Positions 52,069 through 64,000 of a stretch of DNA of 64,000 nucleotides are shown piece after piece. Source of the DNA: Glaucostegus cemiculus (Eukaryota); assembly GCA_976551045.1 (NCBI GenBank), contig CDPCPM010000016.1, positions 27,094,001-27,158,000 of the forward strand. Direction: 5' to 3'. Positions within the stretch are counted from its first letter, which is position 1; the number at the start of each line of letters is the position of its first letter. The notes beneath the pieces were generated by a model. It made no database searches. It worked only from the letters and a program-made list of their open reading frames with translations, and was not told the DNA's origin. A program made the position numbers and the translations under genes.

Positions 52069-52859
52069 AAATTTCCTCTTTGTTTTATTACTCTGTATAC
52101 TCATGAAATACAAGGGCATAATTTTCACTTTTAGCTTTTTAAACCAATGGAAAGGACAATCTGTTAAAAAGGTGAGCAACACATTGCAACTAGTTTATGC
52201 CTTTTATTCTGTGTGTGCTGCACTTGTGGCCAGTCCCTTCACCTAGCTGATTATTTATTATAGAATATTACATTTTCTTTTTGTGAATTCCACTTTGAAT
52301 TTGGAAGTTTTTGTCAGGACTCACTTTTTTCATTGCCAGAATCCCAGTGCGTGAAGTTTTCTTTTAATGTTCAGGTCTTCTCAACACACCTCTGTTCTCT
52401 GTGTTACCTAAGTGGTAGGTATGATAAGGACATATCAAATTAGATTTTTGATTGCCAAAACCAAATACCGAAAGTGAATCTGCAGTGAAGATGTAGCATA
52501 GTTAGAATTATTTGTATCATTGTTTAATAGGAATTGCAGCTGTTAAATGTAAAGCAAACTATAGAAAGCATTAACTTAGGCTAGTGAATTAGCTCTTGAC
52601 AGCACTGCAAACTGAATATATTCACCAACGTCTGCTTGAAGTTGTGCTAACTGTTCATGTCTTGTGATACTGCTGGATTGTGACAGCTTCCATTGGTTTT
52701 CTGATGATGAGTGTAGATAACATGCACAGTAGGGAACTGTTCTAACGGACATATAATTTTACTTAAAATCGTTATATTTCCTTACCCCTGATAAAATTCA
52801 TTGTTTTAATGCAATTTATATTTCCTGGGTGAGAGAGCAGGACTCTGTGCAGTATATTT

Positions 52860-53140
52860 TCACTTACAAGAGGGAAGGGGGCTTTTTGGTCCATTGAATC
52901 TAAGTAGGTACTCGGAGCAATCTCCTGATCTCATTCCTCCACTTTTTTCTCTGTAACTCATTCCTCGCATATGCTCATTAAGTCTTTCCCTTGCCCCCCC
53001 CACCAACCCTTTCAGGATGTGGAAGGAAACTGGAGCATCTGGGGAAAACCAATGCAGTCAGAAGGAGAATGTTGAAATTCCATGCAGCATCATAGCTCAG
53101 GATTGAATCTGGGTCACTGGAACTGTGATTGCTGTACCTA
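52860..53140 (-). mobile_element. Old V-SINE copy
   Basis: 'ggatgtggaaggaaactggagcatctggggaaaacc..ggattgaatctgggtcactggaactgtga'. Confidence 0.7.
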
Positions 53141-54129
53141 ATTTTATATAAATGTTATGCATTCAAACACTACTACGTTGTAAGGAATTACCATTTTCCC
53201 ACTAAGCAGAGCTGATGAGAAATTTGGTAAATCGTCAAACAGCAGAATTATGCAAATAGCTTAGCACACTTGCTACACCATAGTGATTGTCATCTTGAAT
53301 ACCCTATAACCAAGAAGATTCATAAAGTGATTTCTGTTGTACATATACTGTAAAAAGTTAGTAATTGCTCAATTTAAAATATGTGGCTTCATGTTGTGCC
53401 TGACCAACATTTCCTTCCCAACCAGCATCAACAGAAAAACAGATCAGTGGAGTTTATGCTGCTGTGGGTTCTTTCTGGAAACAATAGATGTGCTTGCTTC
53501 CACAACAGCAATTCTCGAACTTCTAATCAACATATGTGAAGCACCTTAAGATTACTTTTGGGTGTAAGACAGAAATATTTTGATTTTCACATACCAGCCA
53601 TTTTAATCATTCACAAAGAAAGATAAATTTCCAAATTTTCATCTGGCTACTTTATATTCAGTGAAATAGTTCAAAAGATTTTTATTATAATTAAAGCATT
53701 AAGTCAGATCACATCGGATGAGATCACGTGTATCATACTTAATATATTAATACAAAGTATAAAACACATTTATAGTACGAAATATAAACGGCAAATTTGC
53801 TTTCATTAAACCAAATATAGTCCACATTCTAACACTTCTGGTTCTGAATCTATACAGCTGTTACTTTCCAAAGTCCTGACATATTTATTGGGTAACTGCA
53901 TATTTATCTATTTTATATTCCTGCTGCATTTCACAAATATGTCTTCGCCAACATGAATATAGTCATTCCAGAAGTCATCAAATTTGCCAGAATTTCTGGG
54001 AATCTTACAGCACAATAAAATGTTATTAATTTCATGAATGTCTCTTTGTTATTTATTGTTTTGATTTATTACCAAAAAGTGAATAAGCCAACAGCATTCT
54101 TGCTGAGATGCTCTATATTTTCCATATTT

Positions 54130-54495
54130 CATTATAGCAAAGAAGAAAGTTATTTTGGTCCATCAAATCTGTGCCGACTCATAGAGCAATGTCAATCTCC
54201 CACTGATTTTTCTTGTAACCTATTTACCCTGAGTTACCATCAATTATTTCCAGCCCACCCACCCCCTCCCCAGATGCTATCACTTACCCACATACTAGGG
54301 AAATTTTACAGTGGCTAGTTAACTTACCAAACTGCACATCTTTAGGATATGGGAGGAAACTGGAGCACACAGGGGAATCCCATGTGTCACAGAATGTGCA
54401 AACTCTAAACTGACAGCACAGGTGGTCAGGATTGAATGCCGGTCACTGGATCTGTGAGGCAGCAGCTGTACTGACTACACCAATGTGCTATCCCA
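54130..54495 (-). mobile_element. Old V-SINE copy
   Basis: 'ggatatgggaggaaactggagcacacaggggaatccc..ggattgaatgccggtcactggatctgtgaggcagc'. Confidence 0.75.
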
Positions 54496-54769
54496 AACTT
54501 GATAGCTTACAAAATTATTAGTATCTTGCTTTTTTGAAAACAGAAAATGCTGTCAACACTTAGCAGGTCAGGTAGTATGTGTGGAAAGGAAGCAGTTAAT
54601 ACTTCTGGTCCAGTCCTCTAACTGGAAATTTACCACTTTAATCAATGGAGATTCATAGATCAAGAGAATCCAATTGAAAATATATTCTGAATGGTTGTTC
54701 ATTAGAGTTTGTTGTTTGCATTATTCATCTACACTGCACCATACTTCATCACAGGTTTGATTTTGAAGT

Positions 54770-54990
54770 TTTCAACCTGCTGTTTTCAAACCCCTTCACG
54801 ACTTTACTCCTCCCGGTCTCAGTAACCTCCTTCAATCCTGCAATCTGTGTTTCTCGAATTTTACTCTCTTGATCATTTCCAAGTTTAGTCACCTCTCAAG
54901 GCAGTCAGCTCTGGAATTCCCTCCCTACACATCTCTGTCTCCATAACGCATATTGTTTCCGGAAGACATTTGTTTAAAGCCACATCTGTG
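54770..54990 (+). mobile_element. L2-like LINE 3' fragment
   Basis: 'ttttcaaaccccttcacg..ctcagtaacctccttca..ctctggaattccctccct' resembles an L2 ORF2 C-terminus. Confidence 0.5.
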
Positions 54991-56713
54991 ACCAAGTTCC
55001 TGTTCATTTGCCCTATTGTGGCATGGTGTATACAGCAGAATGGAGAAGGATCACATGGTCCTCACAGTGCAAACCTTTCAGAAGCGCAATATTCCCATCC
55101 AAGTCTGTGCAATTGGATGGTAAATTGTATTTCTGTGCAGTGGCTACATTTTTTTCAATGACTGAAGTAGAAATGATTGTTGTCAAGGGGTAACCTATTG
55201 CATGGTAGCAGATTGCATGTCAGAATTTGGTTAAAAGCTATTAAGTTTTAATGTGTTGCCAACTTAAGCTTCTAAATGACCTTCCTTGAAAAGAAGTGAG
55301 GCCACAGTAGTTTTTTCAAATGTTGAATCATTGCAACTGATGGGGTAAACCATGTGCTTGCTTTATATACTAACATAATCAATAACCTTCATTTATGGTC
55401 ATTGGTTGGGTTGCTGTGCTGTGAGTAGAATGTGTAAAGGGAAGGGGCTGGTAAACATTGGAGGAGGAAGGACAGAGAGGGAGGATTTTGGGGTGGGATA
55501 TTGATGGAGAAGAAGTGTGAATGGGGGGCCTGTGGGAGGAAGCCAAGAAAGAAAGTATGGGTAAGAACTTAGTGTGACTGTAGACATAGTATGGATAGGC
55601 ACAGTATCTATTTGTGTGTAAGTCCACACAGCAAGGTCAGGTTTTCAGTTGAAGAATACTATGATGCTGGAGGAACTCAGCAGACCAGGCAGCTTCCGTG
55701 GAGAAAACCAGGCAGTCAACGTTTCGGGTCAGGACCCTTCAGGACCCTTCTTTCAGTTGTCTTGGACTAGCTTGTCATTGGTTTGCTCTGTCAATTTTGT
55801 GTGGACACTAGAATGCAATGCCTATTCCCCATTAAAAAGAAATCCTACACAAGCATCTTCCATTTAATACCAGAACTGGAGTAGAAGATAGTCATTCTCA
55901 AGTCCTAGGACTGATTAAGAAGGAAAAGGACTTTACATACTATGTTGCTTCATTTAGTTTATGACCAATCATCAAAAGGCAATTGTGACAGTTATTTAAT
56001 GGCTGAAGTTTTTAACAGATTCTGCTCATATATCAAGCAAACAAAAGGGTTGTAGTAAGTTTATTAATTTCAAGCTTAAAAGCAAAATACTTCTGATGTT
56101 GGAAAGCTGAAACTAAAGCAGAAAATGAAAGAAATTCTCAGCAGATCGGGCAGCATGTTTGGAGAGAGGAACAGAATTAACATTTGGGGTAAATGACCTA
56201 CTAAGTTTAGATTGGGAAGAAGTCAGTTTTCAGACAGTAAGTGTTTATTAATGTAGAAATAATGTATGGCAGTTATGTTGTATGATTTAAAATAATTCTC
56301 ATTTGTAGAATATATATCTCAATTTCCCTTTGGAATTGCTGAATTTCATTTTTTTCCTTCAAATGTTTCTACATTTAAAAATAAAACAGAAATTCAAATT
56401 TAAACTTAACATTAAACTAAACTTGATTTAACCATATTATCCAGGTACCATATTTAAGAAGAAGCGTAAATGGTTACTGTTCAGAAGTTATCTTGGTTTC
56501 CCTAGATATTAGATGTTTAGGTAAAATAAATTTAAGTAACTATTAAAAATTGCTAATTTTAAAATGGATTAAATGCTTCAACTGCCAAACGATTAAATTT
56601 GTTCAATCTTGGTGTTGATTATTTTAAAGATTTCATTTAAATAAAACACAAATACTTTGTTGATGATGACTGACAGGTTCTGACCTACAGATTTGTTAGA
56701 GCATTTCTATACT

Positions 56714-56910
56714 GATATTTATTTATCAGTCACATGTACATCGAAACACATGGTGAAATGTGCCTTTTTGCATTAACAACCAACACAGTCTGAGAATGTG
56801 CTGGGGGCAGCCCGCAAGTGTCACCACGCTTCCAGTGCCAACATTGCTTGCCCACAACTTCCGAACCCATATGTCTTTATTTTGGAATGTGGGAGGAAAC
56901 CAGAACACCC
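56714..56910 (-). mobile_element. V-SINE with Rex1-type tail, 5'-truncated, with TSD
   Basis: Partial V-domain plus tail. The flanks are GCATTTCTATACTGA (56701-56715) and GCATTTCTTATCTGA (56911-56925). Confidence 0.82.
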
Positions 56911-59900
56911 GCATTTCTTATCTGAATGTTTCATTGTAATGTGAATGATTCAAACTGTCACTGAATTGTGAGAGAGGAACAAAGGTGAGAAAATATCTTC
57001 ATGTGAAAATTGTGAAACTATCAAACATATATAAACAAGCGCTGATTATGTTAACCCTGTGGGTTAAATGCTTAGTTGGTTTGTAACACCTCAATCCTCT
57101 TCTGCTTTCCATTCCAATTTTAGCCTCCTTTTTTATAAATGCTAAACATATGTTTAATATGTAACAGTGGTCATAAGAAAAAAGTAAACATGCCACCAGA
57201 AGTATTTGGCCATTTGTTACTTGTCTGTGGTTTTACTTAAAGGTCTTTTATTTCTCTGAAAGCCTGTTGACCCTGGCAGTGAATAATTGTAGTCCAATGT
57301 CAAAAGTCTTTAGAATAAAAAGGCCTGGAAAGTCTTATAGTTCAAAGAAAACAATAAATTAAAACCATCCATGTTCTGACAAAGGGTCAAAGACGTGAAA
57401 CATTGACTTTTCTTTTTCCATAGATGTTTCCTGACTAGCTGAGATTTTCCTGCATTTTCTGTTTTTGTTTCAAAATAAGGCAGAATTGTTCCATTTACAA
57501 TTGATTGAACACAGCGTGGAGCAATTTGCACGCTTTTCTGAATGTCTTGGTGGAATTATCTGCCCCCAGAGAGCTGTGGAGATCAGTTCAGATCAGCCAT
57601 GATAAAACTGAATGGCAGGGCACAAGATGTCCTACTCCTGTTCCTATTTTCTTGTGTTCTTGTACCAGGAAAGTCAATTCCTGACTTTTCAGTGGGATCT
57701 TCTTTCACCCTTCCATCCTATTTACAGTGCAAAAATCTCCCAAATGATGCCAGTGGTGGTGCAACATGCAGGGTTTGTCTGCAATGGAATTTTCAAACTC
57801 ACTGATGGGGACATTTCTTTTTGACTCACTTAACAACTATGTCTTACTAAACCCTTTTCCTCTTAAATAATATAGTTTAGTGAATGGAACACTCAAACTG
57901 CATTGTTAGTCTTTGCTGAAATCTCTGACTTCAAGAACAGCCTCACCCTTGTTTCTGGAATGCTTTGTTTTTGGAAGTCAGTGTCACAATCTTTCTCAAC
58001 TTGCCAGCCTCAAGGTCATTTCAGGCTGCTGCCATTGCTCTTTCGCAGCTCACTGCTATGCCAGGGACATCACCCAAATTCCACATTTAGGGAGAGAAGA
58101 TTCCTTCTACTTAGTTTTTCAGCCCTCAGGAGCTGCTTTTCAGGTTTCCCCAAAATGCATCCTGCCATTTCCTTGCAACCTGCCTGTCAATCTCCTGGCT
58201 ATGGCCATGGGGAATCCCTGTGGTCCCTTTGCACAAAGATTATGTCTCCTTCAGTCACTATTCTTGACAAGCCCATTCAATTTTCTCTCACTCCCTGGGA
58301 GCACTCTCCCATTACCCTCCCATCATTACAGCATCCAGTTATTCAGCAATACTCCTTGAATATTGTTGCTTGCTTTATGTCTGAACCTGCAACCCACCTA
58401 TTTGGAACACCCTGCTATTACTGATAGTGTCACTTGTGCAGCAGAATGTTACACAGGGAAACCAACAATACTGTTCTGCAAACTTCTCAATTAAAGATTT
58501 TGATTTTTCTGCAACTTGGACAGGCAGCATTAGGATGCTTTTAATACTGTTTTGATGCTTTTAAAAGAGAGTAAGGCAATTTCCAACCCATTCTGTTCAC
58601 TGAGAGTACAAATATTTATATGTTGCAAAATAGAATCTGCCACATTGCTCTTTTGTAACATGAGAAGGAAATGTATGCAATGTAACTAAAAAGGATAGAG
58701 CTCTTGCTGTCGGTCAGCAGAACCTAGCCCCAACCGGCAACGTGAATCCTGCTTTGTCCACCACACATTACACTTTAAGGAAACAAGTAACAAAGTGATG
58801 TCAAGCAATGTGCTTTGTTACCTAACTGCATTTTTAAGACCTGTATTACAGGCATATTTGGGTTATTATTTTAGCTAGTTCTTATATTTTTACAACATTA
58901 ATATCCTTATCCTCATCTTTTTGCACAGCTCACAGTTAAGTCCAACTTTGGCATTTCTGTTCATGAGAGGATAATGAACTAGGAAAAACTTTCGCAGTCA
59001 ATTTTTGGCTGTGGAGAACTGGAACAGAATTAATTTGTACTTTTTTTAAAGTATCTTCTGATAACTGTTATTGAACAGGAAGAGCATTTAGCTGAGGTAG
59101 AAATGTCTCAGTCAGTAGGCTGAATCAAATGTAGTTAGACTTCATTGTTTGTTCATTTGTGAATAATAGAAACCACACCCTCAGGGAAACTAATTACACT
59201 GGCTCAGAGAGTCTCTCTGCAAATTTAATTTAAAAATATTTCAGAATGCATCAATATTGTAATAGTTTACAATCCGTATGCTACTGGTCTTTGTGACCAG
59301 AAAATTATATTGCACCTAGTTTTCCATTTTTAAGAATAAAACACAACATTGGGCTTACAGCCCTATTAGAAATAGAATGGAAATACAGTGATTAGGCACA
59401 TCTGTGTAGATGATGACATTTGTATTAGTTCTCTGTTTTGTACTTAAATGAAACTTGTTATCGCCAAATCTTCCTTATCGCAGCAGTCTCATAGAGCATA
59501 GGTCGTTTGGCCCACTCATTTTATGCCAACCATCAAGTATCTGTCTATACTAATCCCATTTACCCGCACGTGGTTTTGTAGCCTATTATGCTTTGGCATT
59601 TAAGTGATTATCTAGATGCTTCCTAAATGCTGTAAGATTACCTGCCTCCACCACCCACTCAGTTTTCACGTGTTATATAATTTCCCAGGTGTTTAAAAGT
59701 ACTGCGGCAGCATTTGCTACATCTTAATGATAACATGGAGGCGATTTCACCTTGAGTAAATGTATTTTAATCAATCGGAAATGATTAGCAGTTCCATTTC
59801 AAAAGAAATGATGGCTAAACCTAAGAGCAAGGTAAAACATTTCCTCTGTTGTATGTTGTAACTGCACAGTATAGCAATCTATGTATTTTGAACTCGGCCT

Positions 59901-60572
59901 CCGAAATTTGGTACCATTGAAGACAGAGTTTAATGTGCATGTAGCATGTTCCACATGTATGACAGAGAACAAATTTCTATCCCATTGTTGATTTAAATGA
60001 AAATATGGAAAATATCTTTCTGTTTAGCTCTATTGCATGCAATATGAGATAATTTCTTTTCTGATTTTACTGTTGCTTACTGCTGTGAATGGAAGAGAAA
60101 TTACACATTTCAGACTTTTTGAGGTTAGGGTAAATTGAAAACTGTCCATATTAAACATATTACGGTTATAAAATATTTCTGTAAAATGTACTGTTGCAAT
60201 GGAGAAAGACAGAAAATATGCATTATTTTGGCACTGTGACAAACTGTAAAATGTCTTTCAAACAATATTCCAGATCGTTCATTTAACCTCCCAACTCTTT
60301 TTGTGAACTTTTGAATCATGTTGTCAAATGAAAATTTTCTGTCATGGAACTGATTGATGAGATCTATATTGACTCTACTTCTTGGCATACCTGTTTGTGG
60401 CATGGAGCTTCATGCAGTTTTGGAACTTTGTGGAATCAGTTTTGAAATGAATCGGTGCCAATATTCTTAGATTATGATAGGATTCCGCTAAACTCATAAA
60501 CATAGAAAAATTGGATGAAGGACATACTTGACAAGGAAATATTAAAAGAGCAGGTAGCAAAGAAACAAAAAA

Positions 60573-60820
60573 GTCTGTAAGGAGTCTTGTCTGTAAGGAG
60601 TTAGTACATTCTCCCCGTGTGTCTGCGTGGGTTTTCTCCGGGTGGTCCGGTTTCTTCCCACATTCAAAAGATATACAGGTTAGGGAGTTGTGGGCATGCT
60701 ATGTTGGCGCCAGAAGAGTGGCGACACTTGCGGGCTGCCCCCAGCACATCCTCAGTAATGCAAAAAGATGTATTTCACTGTGTGTTTCGATCTACATGTG
60801 ACTAGTAAATAAATATCTTA
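60573..60820 (+). mobile_element. V-SINE with Rex1-type tail, 5'-truncated
   Basis: V-domain 'ttctccccgtgtgtctgcgtgggttttctccgggtggtccggtttcttcccaca' and tail 'atttcactgtgtgtttcgatctacatgtgactagtaaataaat'. Confidence 0.85.
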
Positions 60821-63109
60821 GATATTTAAAAGAAATAAGTTCCTTAGTTTAGTTAGATAAGTTAAAAGAATGGTGAATGAATGTTTCAGAAGAAAAATGA
60901 AGAGAAACACTAATTAATATTCTATCAGCTCTGTAGTGTGTCTATGAAATACTCAAACAATTAGAGCAAGTTAAAAAGCTACTAATATATGCAGTGGTCA
61001 TCACCTTCTCCCAGGCCCTTTGCACTTGATTTAACCTAATTTCCTTTCTGCATTTTAGACTTTAAATAGAAGGTCATAAACTGTTGGAATTTTCTACTGC
61101 AGAGTATTCAGTCATACACAGGATCAGCCATGCTCTCATTGGTGAAACAGGCTTGAGGGGTGATATAGCCAGCTCCTGCTTCTACACTGGTTAAAATCTT
61201 CAATGAATCACTCTTGTTTTTGTCAATTGCTGCTGTGCCTTTTCCCTTATCTATGTCTTTAATGTCTTTGTCCTTATTTTTATTCCCAGCATCATGCAAC
61301 ACCAATCTTGTGGCTTGCTCTAGTATCTATCACCCACATCCTCCCCCCTTCCAACTTCTGATAGCCTTTTGTTTGTTCTACTTCTACTGATCAACAGCAG
61401 ATTTTCACCTTATGTAGGTACAGCAGCAAAATTGACTGACTTAATCATATTAACAACAAATTGCAAATCAGGACAATTCACAAAGGACAGAGTAATGTAA
61501 CTGGCTAAATTACTTCATTTTGCACAGGACTCTTCTTATCAGATGATGTGCGTATGGCAGAAGATTTTCATAAATCAACTTGGAATCCACCAGGGTTATC
61601 AGTGTGTGAATAAATTGGCTTTCAATCTATCCTAGCAAGAGAAGAGTATACAGTCTCCAGAAATTCTTGATTCTGGGTTCTATTCAACAGTTTTTTTCTC
61701 TCAGGGTTGTGAGGTCTTTGGAACTGTACTCCTCACAAGACAGTGCAAGCAGAGTTTTAGAATATTTTTAAGGAAGAATCTGATCAGTGAATAACTACTG
61801 GGGAAAACTGGAATGCATTGTTGAGGGTGCAATCAAATTAGCAATGATGTTTTTGAATGGTGAAGCAGAATCGAGGGGCTCAGTGACTTACTCCTGCTCC
61901 TAATTTGTATACCTGTATGTCGGTATTTGATAATATTGAAACTGATTTTGAGAAAACATCTGAGTTTTGTGAAAATTTCTTCAAATGTCATTAGACAATG
62001 TGAACATGAGTGTTTATGAACCTGAATCGGGAAAAAGAAACTTGTGGTTGTCCATGATAATGTCAGTGAAAGGAATATCACTTGTGCATGAATGAGTTGT
62101 TGGTACTTGGATCTAGACCATGTGTAAAGTGTTAGAAGATACCTCAGCACTGTGAGTATTGAAATGTAACACAGGGATGTGGGATTGGCAGGAAGACTGA
62201 GGGTGAGTGTCAGGTGCAGGTTGAGAAGCATCTGTTTTTCCTTTTACCATATGATTGATTTCACCAACGTTACCTTTGGTGGTCTTAAGAGCTTAAGGCT
62301 TTTGCCTAGCATTGAGCACCAAACCATCTGGAATTTTTATTTGTATTCTAGAATGTAGAAATTATAAAATTTTGCTTAAATATTCCCAAAACCAAACGGA
62401 AAACCATCAGTACAGTTTTATAGTTACATATATGCCTGTTACATTCATTTCCAAATATCACGGGAATGTGTTTTCTGAACACACTGAGATTCTGTGGGAT
62501 TATATGCTCTTCCTCTATTACAACGTGAATTGAGTAAACTACCACTTGGAGTTGTTCTTGGGATACTCTTTTCTTCAAACTGCCAAAGACCGTTCTGACC
62601 CATTGGAAGTAAATTTCAGCATCTGTTTACACTGACTGGTGGCTGCCAAGATGTTGGAAGTAATATACATTTTCTAGGGTGTTGTTTTCTTTTATCATTA
62701 TAGGACTGTGTTATGCTGTGAGGAGAGTTTGGAGTAGGAAGCTTTTGATGTTTAATATAAGACCAATCTCTTACATGCCTCAGTGAATTAGCCAATGGTG
62801 ACTTGGATTTTGGCCCTTGAATGGGCACATGACCAAGTTCCAAGACTGAAGTTCATTCTGGAATGGAGGCAATGTAAATTGAACAGCTTCCCTGTAGATT
62901 AGCTTCACTGCAGTAGGAAGCTAGTTAGAGGCGAGGTACAGCATTATTGTGTGAAAGACTGAGAAAAGTTTTGGAGTGTTTACACAACTTTGTCTCCTGA
63001 ATAGAAAAGCTGGCCAAGCTATTTCAGAGGACAGGCAAGAGTCATCTGCCTGAAGGCCAGACCAGAAAAGAATAGCATATTTTCTTCCCTGAAGGATATT
63101 CGTAAACCA

Positions 63110-63555
63110 GATTGCAGTGCAGAGAAAATTCACTGGATTGGTTCCAGGGAGGAAGCAGTTATCTTGTGAAGAAAGGTTGAATCTATACTCCGTGGAGTTT
63201 AGAAATATGGATAAAAAGATATTGAAACCTATGAGGTATCGGGGTGGGATTAGGTGAGATAGGATGATGGGTTTGACATGGTAGATGCTGTGACATGATT
63301 TTTCCTAGTAGGATAGTCTCAGAGGCGGGTGAGGAATAATTTTTGTTTTCTCAGAAGGTCAGGGATTTATTTTACTCTGTTGTGGATACTAATCCATTAA
63401 GTATATTCAGATTTTTGGCAAGTAGGAAGTTGAGGATTTTGGGAAACAGATGAGAAGGTGGAGTTGAGGCCAACGATCACATCAGCTATGGTTTTATGAA
63501 ATGGTCAAATTGGCTCAAGGGCCTAATTAGCCTACTCCTGCTTCTATTCCTTTAA
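63110..63555 (+). mobile_element. Decayed CR1 3' fragment
   Basis: 'gcagtgcagagaaaattcactggattggttccagg', 'ttctctcagaaggt' and tail 'ggctcaagggcctaattagcctactcctgcttctattcc'. Confidence 0.65.
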
Positions 63556-63556
63556 G

Positions 63557-63875
63557 ATATTTATTTATTTGTTAGTCACATGTACATCGAAACACACAGT
63601 GAAATGTGTCTTTTTGCGTTACCGAGAATGTGCTGTGGGCAACACACAAGCGTCGCCACGCTTCTGGCACCAACATAGCATGCCCACAACTCCTAACTTG
63701 TACGTCTTTGGAATGTGGAAGGAAACCAGAGCACTTGGAGGAAACCCACGCAGGCACAGGGAGAACATACAAACTCTTTTCGGAATTGGGTTAGGGTTTT
63801 CTTGCTAACCCTAACCCTAACTCCTTACGGAATTGAACCAGGGTCGCTGGCGCTGTAATAGCGTTACTCTAATCC
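63557..63875 (-). mobile_element. V-SINE with Rex1-type tail carrying a telomeric insert
   Basis: B box GGTTCAATTCC (63839-63829), V-domain at 63712-63770, and the same tail as 60573-60820. Confidence 0.85.
63788..63821. repeat. Short inverted interstitial telomeric repeat
   Basis: GGGTTAGGGTT-ttcttgct-AACCCTAACCCTAAC. Confidence 0.8.
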
Positions 63876-64000
63876 TTTCATGTTGCTATGGTCGCTATTG
63901 ATCATATTGTTATCCATTTTTAATTAAAAGCAATAAAACACATGAATAATTAAATATAACTTAGCTTTTTCTTCCCCTTTTTACCCTACAATCCTCATTC

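Noticed and set aside
51874-52182. ORF spanning the N run
   Set aside because: Artefact of the assembly gap.
57903-58424. 173-aa and 148-aa overlapping ORFs
   Set aside because: Non-ATG starts, no recognisable domain and no splice support; likely chance ORFs in decayed repeat sequence.
63060-63115. Possible NT5DC1 exon (EKNSIFSSLKDIRKPD)
   Set aside because: It matches a dispersed repeat motif also seen near 31065 and 39558 (gcagatttccttccctgaagga..gaaccagat), and similarity to NT5DC1 is poor.
63788-63821. Ancestral chromosome end-to-end fusion site
   Set aside because: Only about four repeat units, embedded in a single SINE with continuous flanks and no subtelomeric sequence.

Overview
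AT-rich vertebrate genomic DNA. The repeat content (CR1/HER1-type LINEs, V-SINEs, Deu-SINE-like copies, Penelope-type ends, Rex1/Babar LINEs) points to a cartilaginous fish; this is inference. The window holds two complete, head-to-tail, minus-strand type X collagen (col10a1-like) paralogs about 29 kb apart. Each was rebuilt from the sequence as three exons: a TATA-driven non-coding exon 1, an exon 2 with a 15-nt leader plus signal peptide/NC2 ending in a phase-1 intron, and a ~1.83 kb exon 3 encoding an 8-interruption Gly-X-Y helix and a C1q/NC1 domain. Copy A is join(18761..18653, 8348..6517), 646 aa. Copy B is join(47293..47194, 38329..36495), 644 aa. The ORF track mis-starts both. The paralogs keep an alignable ~200 bp proximal promoter and paired poly(A) signals. 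They differ at a RUNX-type site, in uORFs, in helix interruptions and in the NC1 aromatic surface, which suggests sub- or neo-functionalisation. Col10a1 expansion in chondrichthyans is already known in general, so the possible novelty lies in these copy-specific details. The rest is retroelement debris. It includes V-SINEs with two different LINE-derived tails and a small inverted telomeric insert flanked by a 17-bp duplication. No exon of the usual host gene NT5DC1 was recognised.
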